From Amoebidium appalachense (taxonomy: Eukaryota; Protista; Ichthyosporea), in NCBI GenBank assembly GCA_963693365.1, contig CAVNZM010000009.1:10234243-10298242 (forward strand): a stretch of DNA of 64,000 bases. Reading direction: 5' to 3'. A program made the translations under genes and the position numbers. Below, piece after piece: positions 36,166 to 51,074 of the stretch (within the stretch, counting starts at the first letter, position 1; each line of letters begins with the position of its first letter). Under the pieces are notes generated by a model. The model did not search any database and was not told the origin of the DNA. It saw nothing but the letters and a program-made list of their open reading frames with translations.

Positions 36166-36853
36166 CCCCCCCCCCCTGTCCCTCCCTCTTTCAAGGGCCC
36201 CCACGCCTCCTCTTCCAAACCTTCTGCTTTTTGACGCAAGGACAAAGTCTTCATAAAAATTTTATGTGGCGAATAAGCACATTACCAACAAGTATGTGTT
36301 TTTCTTTCCCCCAACGTAGCTGCCTCTGTGCCTTTCCTACCTTGGACTGTATGACCCAGCATAACCCCTCTTTCGCCCCTCCTCCCCCCACCCCTCCCCC
36401 CTCCCTCCCCCTGGTCGTTGCCCTCGCTTCCTCCCCTCTCCCTGGTCACCTATGCACGTGCCTGTTGCGTAAAGGGCTTGATGTTACCGTCCATGCATAT
36501 GTATGCATAGTTGTGTGTGCTAGCTCAGACAACCCCCTTCCCTTCTCCCCCTGCGCATACACAAAAACACACACACAATCACCCCACTCTGCGCGCCACA
36601 CACTGTTTCGAAAATTCAAAAAGATCCACAGATACACACTGACCCGTGTCTCCCCCCCCTTCCCCCCTCCCGACCCCACCACCACCCCCGCCACCAACAC
36701 CCCCCCCCCCCCCCCCCCCCCCCCCCCCTTTCCCCCCTTCCACACACACACACACGCACACGCACACGCATACACACGCCCAAGCACACGCACACACACG
36801 CACGCACGCACACGCACTGGCACACACGTACACACACACACATGCACACACAT

Positions 36854-36918
<65 letters not shown>

Positions 36919-37247
36919 CACCATGGCTGGACGGTGGGCACAGGCTGGTGGGTGGCTCTGCCGAGGGCTGCCTTCCCGTCTGAACAAAATACTGCCCCCA
37001 GCAGCAACGGTGCCGCCCCCCACCTCCTCTTTCCCCCCAGTGCCCCCTTGCCACTTTGTGTTTGTGAGGGAGGAAGGCAAGACGAAGACAAGTGAAACCC
37101 GTATACACATTATCATCACGCACACGTACACACACACAAACACAAACACGCGCACACAAACAGACCCCCCCCCCCCAAAAAAAAAAAAAAAAAAAAAAAA
37201 AACACCCTCCCACCCCCACTACCACCGCCCATCCACCCATCCACACA

Positions 37248-37346
<99 letters not shown>

Positions 37347-37352
37347 GCACAA

Positions 37353-37439
<87 letters not shown>

Positions 37440-37441
37440 AG

Positions 37442-37480
<39 letters not shown>

Positions 37481-37852
37481 ACACAGGGACGGAGGCAGGG
37501 AGGGAGGCAGGAAAGGAGGGAGGGAGGCAGGAAAGGAGGGAGGGAGGGAGGGAGGGAGGGAGGGAGAGAAATACATGATTACGATTCAAGCACGCACTGC
37601 TCTACTCGTCTCACCTTGCTCTGTCTCCAGGCCTGTTTCGGTGGGTCCTTCACCCATGCACACACCCGTGTGGCTGCCGGAGCTATTTTTAGGCGCCCAT
37701 TGGACCGTACTGCCGTGGCCACAACCACACAGCGCCACATGCACTCCCTGAACACACACACAGGTGCCCTGTCTATTCATGCGCACTAATGTGCACGCAC
37801 ACACGCGCGCGCGCACACACACACACACGCACGCACACAGACACACACACCT

Positions 37853-37993
<141 letters not shown>

Positions 37994-38113
37994 TTCAAAC
38001 ACAGGGCAGGGAGATGCCCAAGCATTCCCTCATTCGTTCGGGTAAACAATTACAGTTGTTTGGGCACAAGCACACAAAACACATAAAGAATACTTACGCG
38101 TGCACACGCATAC

Positions 38114-38144
<31 letters not shown>

Positions 38145-38214
38145 ACACACACACACACAAGCATACAAAACACATAAAGGATACTTATGTACGCACACAT
38201 ACACACAACGCGCA

Positions 38215-38251
<37 letters not shown>

Positions 38252-38516
38252 TGAAACGAACCACAAGTGCGCTACAACTTATACAGTCATCCCCCTCACC
38301 CTGCTCCCCCCTCCCCCCACCCCCCTTGCCCCACCCGCCTAGGTCAGATGCCACCAAACATAAACATAGTCCTGCTCTGGCCATTCCCGCTTACACTCTT
38401 TCTCGCAGACTGCCTAACCAATCATATGCGGTTATCCGGCCCCATCATCCAATCGTTGTCCTTATCCGCACTTGCCCACCGAAACACCGCTGCTTTCAAA
38501 AAGGTATGCATGCAGA

Positions 38517-38547
<31 letters not shown>

Positions 38548-38991
38548 GTCCCTCCCCAACTACCACCGCCACCACCACCCGAACCCGTCCACCACACCCA
38601 CTCACTCATCTTTATTTTAAACACATGAATTGCACTTGGCAATAGGTACTGCACTTGTTTTTTGCTGATGAAGCACATTATATGAGTACCACACACACTG
38701 GCACCTATGTAGACACATCAGGTGTTTGTCTACTCCCGCCTTCTTCCGTCATAACTATGTACTTCGCGCTCTTTATTGCATTCTTACCCCCCCCCCCCCC
38801 CCCCCCCGGGCGCCCGCTTTCACAAACACACACTGAATAATAACTTTATTGAGATATGTGTGCATGCACACATATGCCAACACAAACACACATGCACACA
38901 CACATGCAGAAGTGCACCAGGCTAATCGTACAGACACATTTAAACACCCTCATTCAAAACCACAAGCAAACACACTGAGGCCCTACCACGG

Positions 38992-40083
38992 ATGGACAAG
39001 ACACACACACACACACGTCTCCTGACACAACATATGTACACACACACACACACACACACACTGCATGCTTTGCTGACGGTGTGGCTGCAGGCCAACCCTG
39101 TGGCTGCGGTGAGTCCACTGCCCACACGGCAGCTGCAGCCCACCAGGTCAGTGGCCACACACCCTCAAAGCACAGACAAGAAGTCCAGATTTAGGGATGT
39201 GTGTTGGCATAAACGATATTCCAAATGGATGTCGACCGTTGCTTCTATCCAGTTCCATGTTGGATATTTCGACTGTCAGTTTTCTGCTGCACGGCACACC
39301 GACACAGCCATCCGCTACCTCGTGCAATGCAAAGTGCTGGATGAGAAATACCTGGCAAGGACCAACGTCAGCCTGGGCTTGTTGGAGCAATTTGTGCCCA
39401 CGGCGGAGGAGACGGAGAGGGTGGTGAGTCGGTGGAGAGAAAAGTTGAAGAGAGAAAGGTCCTCTGTGTTTCGGGGTGTATCTAGAGACAACCAAGCTAG
39501 TCGATCCGGGCGCTTAAAGGTGTGGAAAGCAACGTTTACGGATGAGTTTGGCAAAACGCGCAACATTGGTAATTTTTCTACTGAAGTTGAGGCGGCATGT
39601 GCTGTGGATGTTTCTGTGAGAGCCTTAAAGTTGCCGAAGGCGGAGAAGATCAGAAGAATTAATTTCTACAGGGGAAACGATTATTTGAAGGAGGGTCAGG
39701 CACGAAGAGGTGGCTGCATAGGGGTGAGAAAGTTTCTGAGTTGCGTATCGAAACCATGGTGTACGTATGCTCAGGTCAGAATTTCAACAGCTATTGGAAA
39801 CACCATTCCCCCTACTAGTAGAAATAGCCTAAACGTACTGAACTATAGAACAGCTATCGGGTGCTATGCAACCAAACTTGAGGCAGTGGAAGCATACGAC
39901 CGGTTTGTGCTGGACCAATGGGCACAGCAGGACGAACCATGGGGCCCTCTACCCCCCACAAATTTAAGCCCCATCAAATATGGTTATAGACTTATAACCC
40001 CACCCACCATACTACCTGTAAGGAACACCGAGGCTGAAAACACACCCAAAAGGAGAGGTCGTCCACGTAAGAACACCCAGTGA
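38992..40083 (+). CDS. Transcription factor with three AP2-like domains and a C-terminal AT-hook (true 5' end uncertain; possible acceptor at ~39090)
   Basis: SRFRDVCWHKRYSKW...VGYFDCQFSAARHTD; SVFRGVS...WKAT...IGNFSTEVEAACAVD; CIGVRK...IGCYATKLEAVEAYD; KRRGRPRK. Confidence 0.8.
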   Translation: MDKTHTHTRLLTQHMYTHTHTHTLHALLTVWLQANPVAAVSPLPTRQLQPTRSVATHPQSTDKKSRFRDVCWHKRYSKWMSTVASIQFHVGYFDCQFSAARHTDTAIRYLVQCKVLDEKYLARTNVSLGLLEQFVPTAEETERVVSRWREKLKRERSSVFRGVSRDNQASRSGRLKVWKATFTDEFGKTRNIGNFSTEVEAACAVDVSVRALKLPKAEKIRRINFYRGNDYLKEGQARRGGCIGVRKFLSCVSKPWCTYAQVRISTAIGNTIPPTSRNSLNVLNYRTAIGCYATKLEAVEAYDRFVLDQWAQQDEPWGPLPPTNLSPIKYGYRLITPPTILPVRNTEAENTPKRRGRPRKNTQ

Positions 40084-40169
40084 CACCCACCCATAATTCC
40101 CACCTAATTATTCTACCCCCCAATCTGAAATTTGACCCGCACAGATACTGTAATATATATATATATCTT

Positions 40170-40490
40170 TTGCAAGGTCTTAGTCCAATTTCAATGGCGT
40201 GGTAATCGGTTCCTGATGTTTCCTAGACGGTGGTGCCCTAGTGGGTCACACCCTTGGTGCCGTAGCTGTGTGGGCCAATGTATTGTTTCCCTTCATTCCA
40301 TTAGCCACACCGTCCTCCTTTTCTTCCACACTCCTCGCCCACCTATCCATTTCTCGTCAACCTGCACAACACTTTACCGTCATTGACTTCCTTAACACGG
40401 GTGATTTTCTCACTGCCCAACTTTGTTTCCAATACCTGCGCGCTCACATCACACACGTAATACAACCACCCTCCCAACCTGGTTAATTAG
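40170..40490 (+). pseudogene. Another 3' relic of the same non-LTR clade, frameshifted
   Basis: WRGNRFLMFPRRWC...CRSCVGQC matches WRCNRFLVSPARMC; FTVIDFLNTGDF...CFQYL matches MTILDHL...CLNFL. Confidence 0.65.
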
Positions 40491-40535
40491 CTCCTATTCT
40501 TTCTCCCTTTCTTTCTTTCTCTCTTCCTTTCCCTT

Positions 40536-40571
<36 letters not shown>

Positions 40572-41034
40572 AGTTGTCTTAGATACTGTGCTGTGTTTGT
40601 GAGGTGTGTGGCTTTAGCGGCCGTGGCCGTGTAGTAGGTACCACTAATAAGGGGTGGCTCCCGTCTGTATTATGATGTACATATATCATGCCCATGGGGC
40701 ACATGTTGTGTTTCCGGATTGGTCGGAGGGAGCGGCCAATAAAGTGCAATGATCCCTTTTTAACTCGAGAGCCGATTGAATTGGAAAATGTTCATCGGAT
40801 GCTTTGTTTTTAATGAGGCATGACATGACTCAAGTAGACATCTGTAGCGATAGTGTTAACGTTGTCTGAATACTTGAATCGTGTCTAATAGCTTCATGTA
40901 TCATCAACTCAGTCTGTCGACGTCATCCTTGAAGTGGTAATGTAAATATTATCAAATATAAATAATCATTAATTCTAGTAGTCTAATATGACCACCGTGC
41001 TGCAGCTGCCAAAACAAGAAGCACTGGCCTAGAT

Positions 41035-41070
<36 letters not shown>

Positions 41071-41245
41071 AGATGATCCCCTCCACAACTGGTCCACCAC
41101 TGGCACAACCAGCACACGGCCTCCCCCTTCTAGATCTCATAGATTTCGAAGTTCATATTTCATCACGTACATAGTCATCCCGGCTTGAACTTTGGATTTG
41201 GCATTCTACAGCTGCAGGCAGCGTGTAGTGTGATTGTGTACATGT

Positions 41246-41341
<96 letters not shown>

Positions 41342-41486
41342 TTTGGGGGGGAGGGAGGGTGAGGAGGGGGGGGGGGGGGGGGGTTCTTGGGCACTGATCA
41401 TGGATGATGGCATTATCTTCCCTTTATCCTGCCCAGGGCCTTAATGTTGAAACTTAGTGCTAACGTGACATACACAGCCTCCCCCC

Positions 41487-41517
<31 letters not shown>

Positions 41518-41865
41518 AAAAAAAACAAAAAAACAAATACACAAGCGTCAACCCCCCACTTGCTTGGCAAAGACTCCATGGTGCATTCAATTGCAAACCC
41601 TTCACAGTGACCACCTGTCCCTCTTCAAGGCCTCTTGCAATATATCGATACTGCCCTAGAACCCCTGACCCCTCCCCTTATAGCACGACTGTGTGGTGTG
41701 AGCCTGCACATGTACACGAGCCCCCATCCAATCAAAGAAATACTAACCCCCCCCCCCCCCCCCCCCGCCCCGCGGGCCCCCCTCCCGCCCTGCCCTGGCC
41801 CAGGCCCGCTGTATACGTACCCGACATGGTAGGAGCGGGGGGAGGGGAAGGGGGAGGTGTGGGGA

Positions 41866-41911
<46 letters not shown>

Positions 41912-42357
41912 CTATGTGGTGTCTGGCGTTAGAGCTCCACAATATGCCGGTACGGTGCAAACCGTGTTGGTCTAAGGACCGCCAAACCGATGCATGTGGG
42001 TAGGTGGCACGGCCACTAGCCGCCCTTTCTTCTCTCAAAGTTTTTTTCACTCCCCGTTGTTTGTACCACTATGTATTATAAATTTGCCCCCCCCCTTTTT
42101 TTTTTTTTTTTTTTTTTGGCCCGCAGCAAAAGGGTGTTTTTGCTAAGCTGGTAGCCAAATGTATATTCTTTTTTCCTCCCCCTACCAGCAACCTTCGGGG
42201 GGAGGGGAAAGGGGGGGGGGGAAGCTATTCATAACAGCAGGCTCGGCCACGTAGCCGTGCTTACTTCTGTCTTCTCTCTCCCTATTTAGTAATTATTGTT
42301 GGTGCCACTATCAGTATTAGATTTGCCTGTTATTATGAATAGCCATTTATTTTTAAA

Positions 42358-42382
42358 CATAATAATAATAGTAATAATAATA

Positions 42383-42417
<35 letters not shown>

Positions 42418-42520
42418 AATAATAATAATAATAATAATAATAATTTAGTAGTAGTAGTAATAATAATCATTAGTAATAATAATGATGATGATGATGATGA
42501 TAATAATAATAATAATAATA
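42358..42520. repeat. Compound (TAA)n/(TGA)n/(TAG)n microsatellite
   Basis: Directly visible. Confidence 0.9.
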
Positions 42521-42756
42521 ACCATTTTACTTAATAGTAATTTTTTTAACAAAGAAAGATCAGAAAAAAGAAAAAGGGTTGAATATCCGAGTGCCACCCT
42601 CGCTCCCCCCACCAACAAGAAAAAAAACAACACCACCGCCACCAACAACAACAACAACAACATCAGGAGGAAAATAAATAAATAAATAAATATAATAAAA
42701 AAAAACTGGGAACCCCAGCTGTTTTTTCCTTTTGGGGGGGGGGGGGGGGGGGGGGG

Positions 42757-42799
<43 letters not shown>

Positions 42800-42826
42800 G
42801 GAGGAGGGGTAGAATTCATCGAGGGG

Positions 42827-42859
<33 letters not shown>

Positions 42860-43079
42860 CCAGAAAAAAAAAACCTGGAAAATCTTTCTTGTTCAATCAC
42901 CGTTGCTGTCATGATAGTAATCTTGCTCGGAAGCATGTGGTTAGATAAGAGTTTCTGCTCTTCGAACTCGTCGGATACGCTGTGCACGGACTACCGTAAC
43001 GCCAGATGATTCCGCTAATCAACTTGGATAGTTATTAATCCGCAAAACTTCCCAAGGTTTATTTTAACTGAGCTCGGGG

Positions 43080-43110
<31 letters not shown>

Positions 43111-43213
43111 TGAGTACCTCTTTGTCTCTACAAAAGTAATATCAGTGACTTTGAATATCACATTAATTTATGTACCGGTATTTCAGCTTTCGATCTGCTT
43201 TTTTTTTTGTTTG

Positions 43214-43263
<50 letters not shown>

Positions 43264-43868
43264 CCAACTGAATTAAAGGGGGTTTCTTTTAGCTGTTCGG
43301 GCCGGGTCGGGTTAGAGGCAATTCTAGTGATATGATTGGCGTGCTGCGCATCAGCTGCGCACCATCTTTTTGCCGGCAGCAAGGTACAGATGCGTCATAA
43401 TGCAACAAAAAAGAAAAAGAAAAGAGAAAAAAAAAGAAAAATAGAATGGAAAAATAAAAATAAAGCGTTTGGAAGAGAACTGCAGTTCATATCATGATTT
43501 TATATGCTGAGCAAACGGCTTGACCCGGATGTGCTGGAATGGGGACAATTAATCGGCCTAAAAAAAGAAACCCCCTTTAAGAAGTTCTTCTTGGTTCGTA
43601 TGGTATTTCATGGAAGAATACCTTCGCGTATACCTCAAATCGTTACCCGACCACCATGTACCTGATAAAACGCTGAGGTGATATACCGAGCAAAAACCCC
43701 CTAGTACGCATGAGGCTGGTCTGAATTTCCGAACTTCATATGTACTGTATAGCATTACTAGTATATGCATATTTTGTGTGTGTGTGTCTGTGTGTGTGTG
43801 TGTGTGCGTGTGTGTGTGTGTGCGTGTGTTTGTGTGTGTGTGTGTGCGTGCGTGTGTGTGCGTGCGTG

Positions 43869-43928
<60 letters not shown>

Positions 43929-44139
43929 TGTGTTTTATTCATGGTATTACCGTAACGGTTGTTCGGCTTCTTTGTTTGGGTGTCGCGTCATAATTGCTAT
44001 ACTATTGAATAGGCTATTTTTCTGAAAGCAAGCTTTTTTAATAGGGAGCCTCCACCCTTCCCTCCCCCTCCCCCCCCTCCCCCCCCTCCCCTCCCCCTCT
44101 CCCTCCCCCCCCCTCCCCCCTCTCCCCTCCCCCCATCCC

Positions 44140-44170
<31 letters not shown>

Positions 44171-44216
44171 AAAAAAAAAAAAGAAAAGAAAAAAGAAAAG
44201 AAAAAAGAAAAGAAAA

Positions 44217-44248
<32 letters not shown>

Positions 44249-44405
44249 GAGAAAGAAGGAAAGAAAGAAAAATGACACCTCCACAAATGATACTATCTTG
44301 TGAGTCAGACAGTTTCTAAAGTCATAACGAAGGTGGAAACAGTAATGGTCTTCCTAGCTAAGTCGTTCAGCTAATGAATCTCTTAGTAAAAGTGAACACT
44401 ACGAT

Positions 44406-44591
44406 GGGGTGGTCAGAGCAAGAATCTTGTTTTGACGATATAGGGATGCGAGCCGAATACCCAGAATCTGCCTCGATTTGATTCGCAGGCTTCAATGGCT
44501 GACATGCCGAACCAATCAAACCGCGGCAGATCTTGGGCATCCGGCTCACATTCCTATGTCGTCAAAACACGATTCTTGCTCTTACCACCCC
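44406..44591. repeat. Long imperfect hairpin: 78-bp arms, 30-nt loop
   Basis: 44406-44483 versus the reverse complement of 44514-44591: 67/78 identical with no gaps. Confidence 0.9.
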
Positions 44592-44979
44592 TATAGTATA
44601 GTTATAATACACAAGCATCAAGAAGTTGGGTGGAAGTACTGTTGGCCATAGTGCCGGTGACCTCGTCATTATTCGCGTAGTGTATGTCGATATCAAACAG
44701 AAGCCCCCCCCTCCCCCCTCCCCCCCCCCCCTCCTTTCTTTCCCTCCCCCTTCTAAGTCGCAGTGCATATAAAGTTTATTGGTTGAATAAACTTAGTCAA
44801 AAGAGAAGAAAAACCTCTCATTTTCGTAATGTTGTTCATTTTTGAAACTACTAGGCTACAGTAGTACAAACGGTTGCATCGATTCGATGACGGTTGACTC
44901 CATCAAAACCGCAGGCAATGCCAAAACAGGTGTTGAGTGCTAAAGTGACCAGCACCCTTGGGAGAAGGAGGAGGGGGGG

Positions 44980-45017
<38 letters not shown>

Positions 45018-45199
45018 ATATCACGCGCACAAACACTGTGACGCGCTCACGCGTGTATGTGCTTGTTACGGCGCGTGTGTGTGCGCGTGTGTGTGTGCGT
45101 GGCGCGTCTGCGTATGTGCATGTGTGTGGCAGTGGTGATGATGGGTGGCGGTGTGTGTGCACACGCATGTGCCGTGTGTACACATGTGTGTGCGTGTGT

Positions 45200-45230
<31 letters not shown>

Positions 45231-46104
45231 GGGGTGGGGGGAGGGGGAGGGAGGGAGGGGGAAAGGGGGGAGGCAAAAAGAAGGCCACGGTTCCTTCTCC
45301 CCCTCCCCCCCCCCCCCCCCTCCCTCCCCTCCCCCCTTCCCCCCCTTCTCTCCTTTAAGATTAAACCAACTGCTACAGTACACAAACAACTCAACCTTCC
45401 CTAAAACCACGGAGGGAAGAAGAGAAAAAATGAAAAAAGTGGAAGAGAAGGAAGAGAAACAAAGTGGGTAGAGTGTTTAAACTTTATTAGCTGATCCCCG
45501 CTGGCAGAAAACAGTAAGTTTCTGCCGGTCCAGAGAGCACTCCGCACATATTTTATAAGGCGACAGCCAATAGGCATGTGGCCCTACTTATAATAAAGTA
45601 CATGACATATACATGTGTACATGAGCTTCTTCGGGGTGATCATAATCTAGCTTCACGTTATACTACAGTGCTACGTGTGTATGTCTAGTGCCCAATAAAG
45701 TGTCTACGGCACACAGTGTGTGCCGTGCACCTAATATGCAAGCTGGCAAAGTGCTCACGTTCTTTGCATCACTCTAAACTGCATACTTAAGGTGCAGAGC
45801 AACTGCCCTAATAAGGAATACAGCTAAAAGTGATGCAGCTGATTGGTAGCTGCTTCCGGGGTAGTATTCCAGCCTCTGCCGAGAAGACACAAAGGCACGT
45901 AGACTGGTTGTGGGGGCAAGGCACGGTGTGCACGTGAATGTACACAACCATGTCTAAAACCCACCCCCTCCCCCCCCCCGGCCCTAGGCCTCCCGCCTCA
46001 CTCACCTCCCCCTCCCCCCCCCCCCCCCCCCACTTTCCTCACCCTGCTCATTTATACAAGTACATGCATGTGCACATGCGCAGGCACGCACACACACCCA
46101 CAAC

Positions 46105-46187
<83 letters not shown>

Positions 46188-46740
46188 GCAACGGACAACT
46201 ATTTCTAATTTAGTATTGGGCGCAAAGTCATCGTGCTTAATGTGCAGTGTTCATGTGCGTATCTGTGTGGCGGGGAATGCATGTGTGTCTGGTGTGGGTG
46301 AGTGTATCTGCATGTTCATGTCGGGTGCACATTGCTGGTCAAAGTTTGTGCACCTCGTGTGCATGTGTGGTACATGCGTGGGCAGGTACGTGTGTCGGAT
46401 ACGTGTGAAAGTGTGTGCTATGTGTGTGCGCGGTGGGGTGACTAGAGACGAGTGCGAGAGGGGGGGTGGGGGGCTCCGGAAGGGGGAGGGGGGGGGGGAG
46501 GGGGGGGGGGGGGGGGGGAGTATGACCTTACGACATAGCCTGAGCTTCAGGTGATCAAGAGTGAATTTTATTAGTTAGCCTCAATGTTTACGTTTTGGGA
46601 ATGTATGTAAACTGCTGCTAAATCATAGTACTATATGGCATATCGGATCAGGTTATCTTATATAGTCATATGATTGCAGTTTATGGGGTGGGTGGCCCCC
46701 CGCTCCCTCCCCCCTGGGGAGGGGGGGGGACTCCCCCCCC

Positions 46741-46785
<45 letters not shown>

Positions 46786-47613
46786 ACAAAATCTAGCTAC
46801 TACCCCCCTCCAAAGCGTTTCAAAATCAAGAATCACGAAGGATGATGATTTTCTTAATATACCTGCGGGTAAGTTAGTAAACGATCACCCCATTTATTTT
46901 AAAAATCAGGCGAGTATGTGTCCATGTGGATATCCCCCCCCCCCTCCCCCCCCCCCCCCCTCCCGCCCCTACATCTTAACTTGCACCTTCCGTGACATTA
47001 GAAACAGAATCAGAGCATCACATGTCCTACTACGGCGTTGTTTTTAGTCCATTGAGACTGAATCATTACTATGGCATATAGAGTGCTGGTACAAGTGTAC
47101 ATATCTCCCCCCCCCCTCCCCCCTCCCCCCCCCTCCCCCCTCCTCCTCCCCCCTTTCCCCCCTTCTGCGCTTGGCTCGGAGGCTCAGTGATGGCCTCAGC
47201 GAGACCTTGCATGATGATTACATGTGACTCGAAACATATATCTATGAGGAGGGGACCCGTGTGTGTGTGTGTGCGCGCGCGCGCACGCGTGTGTGTGTGT
47301 GTGCGTGTATGTGTGTGTGTGGTTGTGTGTGTGTGTGTGTGTGTTTTTGTGTGTGAGAGTGCGTGTGTGCGTACGTGCATGCGTGCGCGCATACGTGCGT
47401 GAGTGCGTGCGTGAGTGCGTGTGTGTGTGTGGTGTTTGTGTGTTTGTGTGTGTTTGTGTGTACGTTTGTGTGTGTACGTTTGTGTGTGTGCGTGCGTGTG
47501 TGTGCGTGTGTGTGTGTGTGTAGTAGTGTACGTATGTGTACAGGGTGTGTGTACACAGTGTGTGTATGTATACAATTGTGCGTACGCAAGTGTGAGTGTG
47601 TGTGTGTGTGAGT

Positions 47614-47716
<103 letters not shown>

Positions 47717-47763
47717 GGGTGTGTGTGTGTGTGTGTGTGTGTGCGCATGCGCGCGAACACACA

Positions 47764-47842
<79 letters not shown>

Positions 47843-47845
<3 letters not shown>

Positions 47846-48554
47846 CCCCTACCTCGAACAGACATCACAGTATTCCCACCAGTGGTTTGTTATTTGTTGA
47901 TGATTGGCTACGGGGCAAAGTTTGTAAGCAATCACGCATGTACATTTTAGCATCATGTTTCACATGCCCCCCCCCCCCCCCCCCCCCCCTCCCTCCCCCC
48001 CCCCGCCCGCCACCACCACCCTCATTGTTTTGCTCTGCGTAAGATAGATTTAGAAAGCAGAAGATGGAAATATTTGGGGGGGGGGGGGGGGGGGGGGGCA
48101 TATGTGGCTGACATATTGGGTTGCTGCAGAGAATTTCGATGGAAGAATCGAGAAGGAACTCGAAGACACTTTGGGTCGTGTGCTCGGCGAGTATCGCAGC
48201 TCGGGTGTGCAGGTGTGTGTGTATGTGTGTGTGTGTGCGTACATGTGCGTGCGTATGTGCTCGTGCGTGTGCATGGAGGCATATACATGTTTGTGCTCAC
48301 GCGTGTGCATGTACATGCATGTGTTTGTCAACACACGAGTCCTATCCCATTCCCCATGTACGTGCCTGTTTGTTTACAAACCTCCCCCCCCCCCCCCCCC
48401 CCCTTATTTTGAAAATATGATGTATTTCTGATGGCACTCGTAAAGCGTGCTTGCGAAGTCTACTCCTGTTCTCCGCCGTGAATGTGTGCCTCATACTCTC
48501 ATAACACATTCTGACTCTCTTCCCCCTCCCTACCCCCCCCCCCCTTCCTCCCCC

Positions 48555-48587
<33 letters not shown>

Positions 48588-48931
48588 TCCAGATCCAACC
48601 CCAGGTATTGGCGCTAGCAGGGCGTAACCCCGAGTATCGCGGCTATTTCCTAGACGGTGAGCTGTGTGTGGTGGTCAAGTCATTCTTCAGAACAGGCGCA
48701 TACGAGCCAGGACAGGAGACACTCGTGCACAGCGAAATTATGGTGCGTTGCGTTTGATTGCTCATTAAACCCCTCCCCTCCCCCCCCCTTCCCCTCTTTC
48801 TCGCTCAACACCCTCCTCCCCTCACAAATGGAAGAGTATTGAAAAGAGCATGTTCTAAAGAATTTGTTTATCTCATTTGTAGCCCCTTTTCATCCCCATC
48901 CCCTCCCCCCCCCCCCCCTCCCCCCTTCTCC

Positions 48932-49008
<77 letters not shown>

Positions 49009-49054
49009 CACATACACACACACATACACACACACGTACGCGCGCGCACACGCA

Positions 49055-49147
<93 letters not shown>

Positions 49148-50381
49148 TGCCTGTTCATACGCCCCTCCTGTCCTCTGTCTCCTGTGAGTTTACCTTCCGC
49201 CTTTCCTTTTTTCCCTAGGCCTTTATCTATCCCCGGGGTAATATCGTTTTATGCCTTAGTTTTCTCTGCCCAGTATTTGCCGTGATCTGTATAGCCGTAC
49301 GGTACAGTAGAGTACATGTACGAAGACAGGTGTCATCAATGTACAAGTAACGCCCTCTTTCTGCAATAGGATTGTTAGCTAAAGGTTTTCATCCATTCGC
49401 ACTTTCCTGTCCTCCTCCCTCCCCCTCCCTCTCTCCCTCCCCCCCCCCCCCTCCCCATCTTCCCCTCCCTCTTTTCTCCCTTCTCAAATTGAATCGTCGC
49501 TCTTCAACCCCCCCCCCCCCCCCCTCTCCGCCGCCCACCACCACCACCCACCCACCCGCCCGCCTACCCCCTACAGCTCGTGGACGTAGGGATACCCAAG
49601 GATGATGACGTATTCAGTGGGGTGCCTTTTGCCGAAATAAGGAAGGTCATGGACGGTGCACACAGGGCACTGGTAGCCCATGCCAACGGCCCACTCATCT
49701 TCCTGACGGTGGACTGCGCCGTCGACGACGACTCTGGTGCGTGATTTTTATCCAATGGAATGGCATTATTTCGTGTTTGCTTATTGCTGTGTTTTTGTTG
49801 GTTGTATTTTTCTGCCCCCACTCCCCCCCCTCCCCCCACCCCCCCCCCCCCCCCTCACACCCCGTGTATGCGTACTTCGTACCGTGTTCCGCATTCAAAC
49901 CCCCCTCACACCCCCCAACAACCCACCCACCCACCCACCCACGTCCCCTGAAGAAGAAAAAAGAAAAAGAGTATAATGAACAACAGAAAGGAATGGGGCA
50001 GGAAATCCCCCATGTTTCATATTTTACTTCGTGATTTACTATGGAGTGTTGGTTTGGTGTGCCTGTGTGTTTGTGGGTTGGAGTCGTGGTTGGAAAGGGG
50101 GAGAAGGGGGGGGGGGGGGGGGGGATGTCTGCCCAGCTTCAATACACTTTTGGTTTGGCTTGGGTTAATTAGCACGAGTAATGAAACGTGTCCATGTAAA
50201 ATGTTTAGAATGTGTCTCTCCTGTCTAATGCTTCATCCTGATTGGCTGTTGGTCAGGCGAGGTGATGGTTGTCGAGGTAGAAGCCGGTCTTGACAGCGGC
50301 ACTTTTCCGTTTTTGGTAGCTCCCCCCCCCCCCCCCCATTCCCTTCTCGGCCCCACAACCACCACACCCCAAGCACACACA

Positions 50382-50413
<32 letters not shown>

Positions 50414-50414
50414 T

Positions 50415-50449
<35 letters not shown>

Positions 50450-50755
50450 CACACACACACACACACACACGCATGCACATGCACATACGATATGGACGAA
50501 GAAGTATGAGATGGGTCTAAACTGGTTTCCGGCACTTCAAATTGGTGCATTGCCTCGCTCCCCGTTTGTTGTTTTCCCAAGTGAATGCACATGGAACACA
50601 CAGTACCCAATTGTAGACATCAATCATTACCACCACAATCGCTGCCCCCCCCCCCCCCCCCCCTCCCCCCCCCCCCCCCCCCCCCCCAACCCCCTAAAGG
50701 CACACACACAGGCACACCAAAAAAGAGTGTGCGGGGGGGATTGCAATACACACAG

Positions 50756-50799
<44 letters not shown>

Positions 50800-50804
50800 A
50801 CACA

Positions 50805-50850
<46 letters not shown>

Positions 50851-50904
50851 CATATCTCCAGGTATGTGTAGACGCTCACCCTCCTCTCTCCCCCTCTCCC
50901 CCTT

Positions 50905-50947
<43 letters not shown>

Positions 50948-51037
50948 CACACACACACACACACACACACGCACACACGCACATGCATATCTCCAGGTAT
51001 GTGTAGACACTCACCCTCCTCTCTCCCCCTCTCCCCC

Positions 51038-51074
<37 letters not shown>

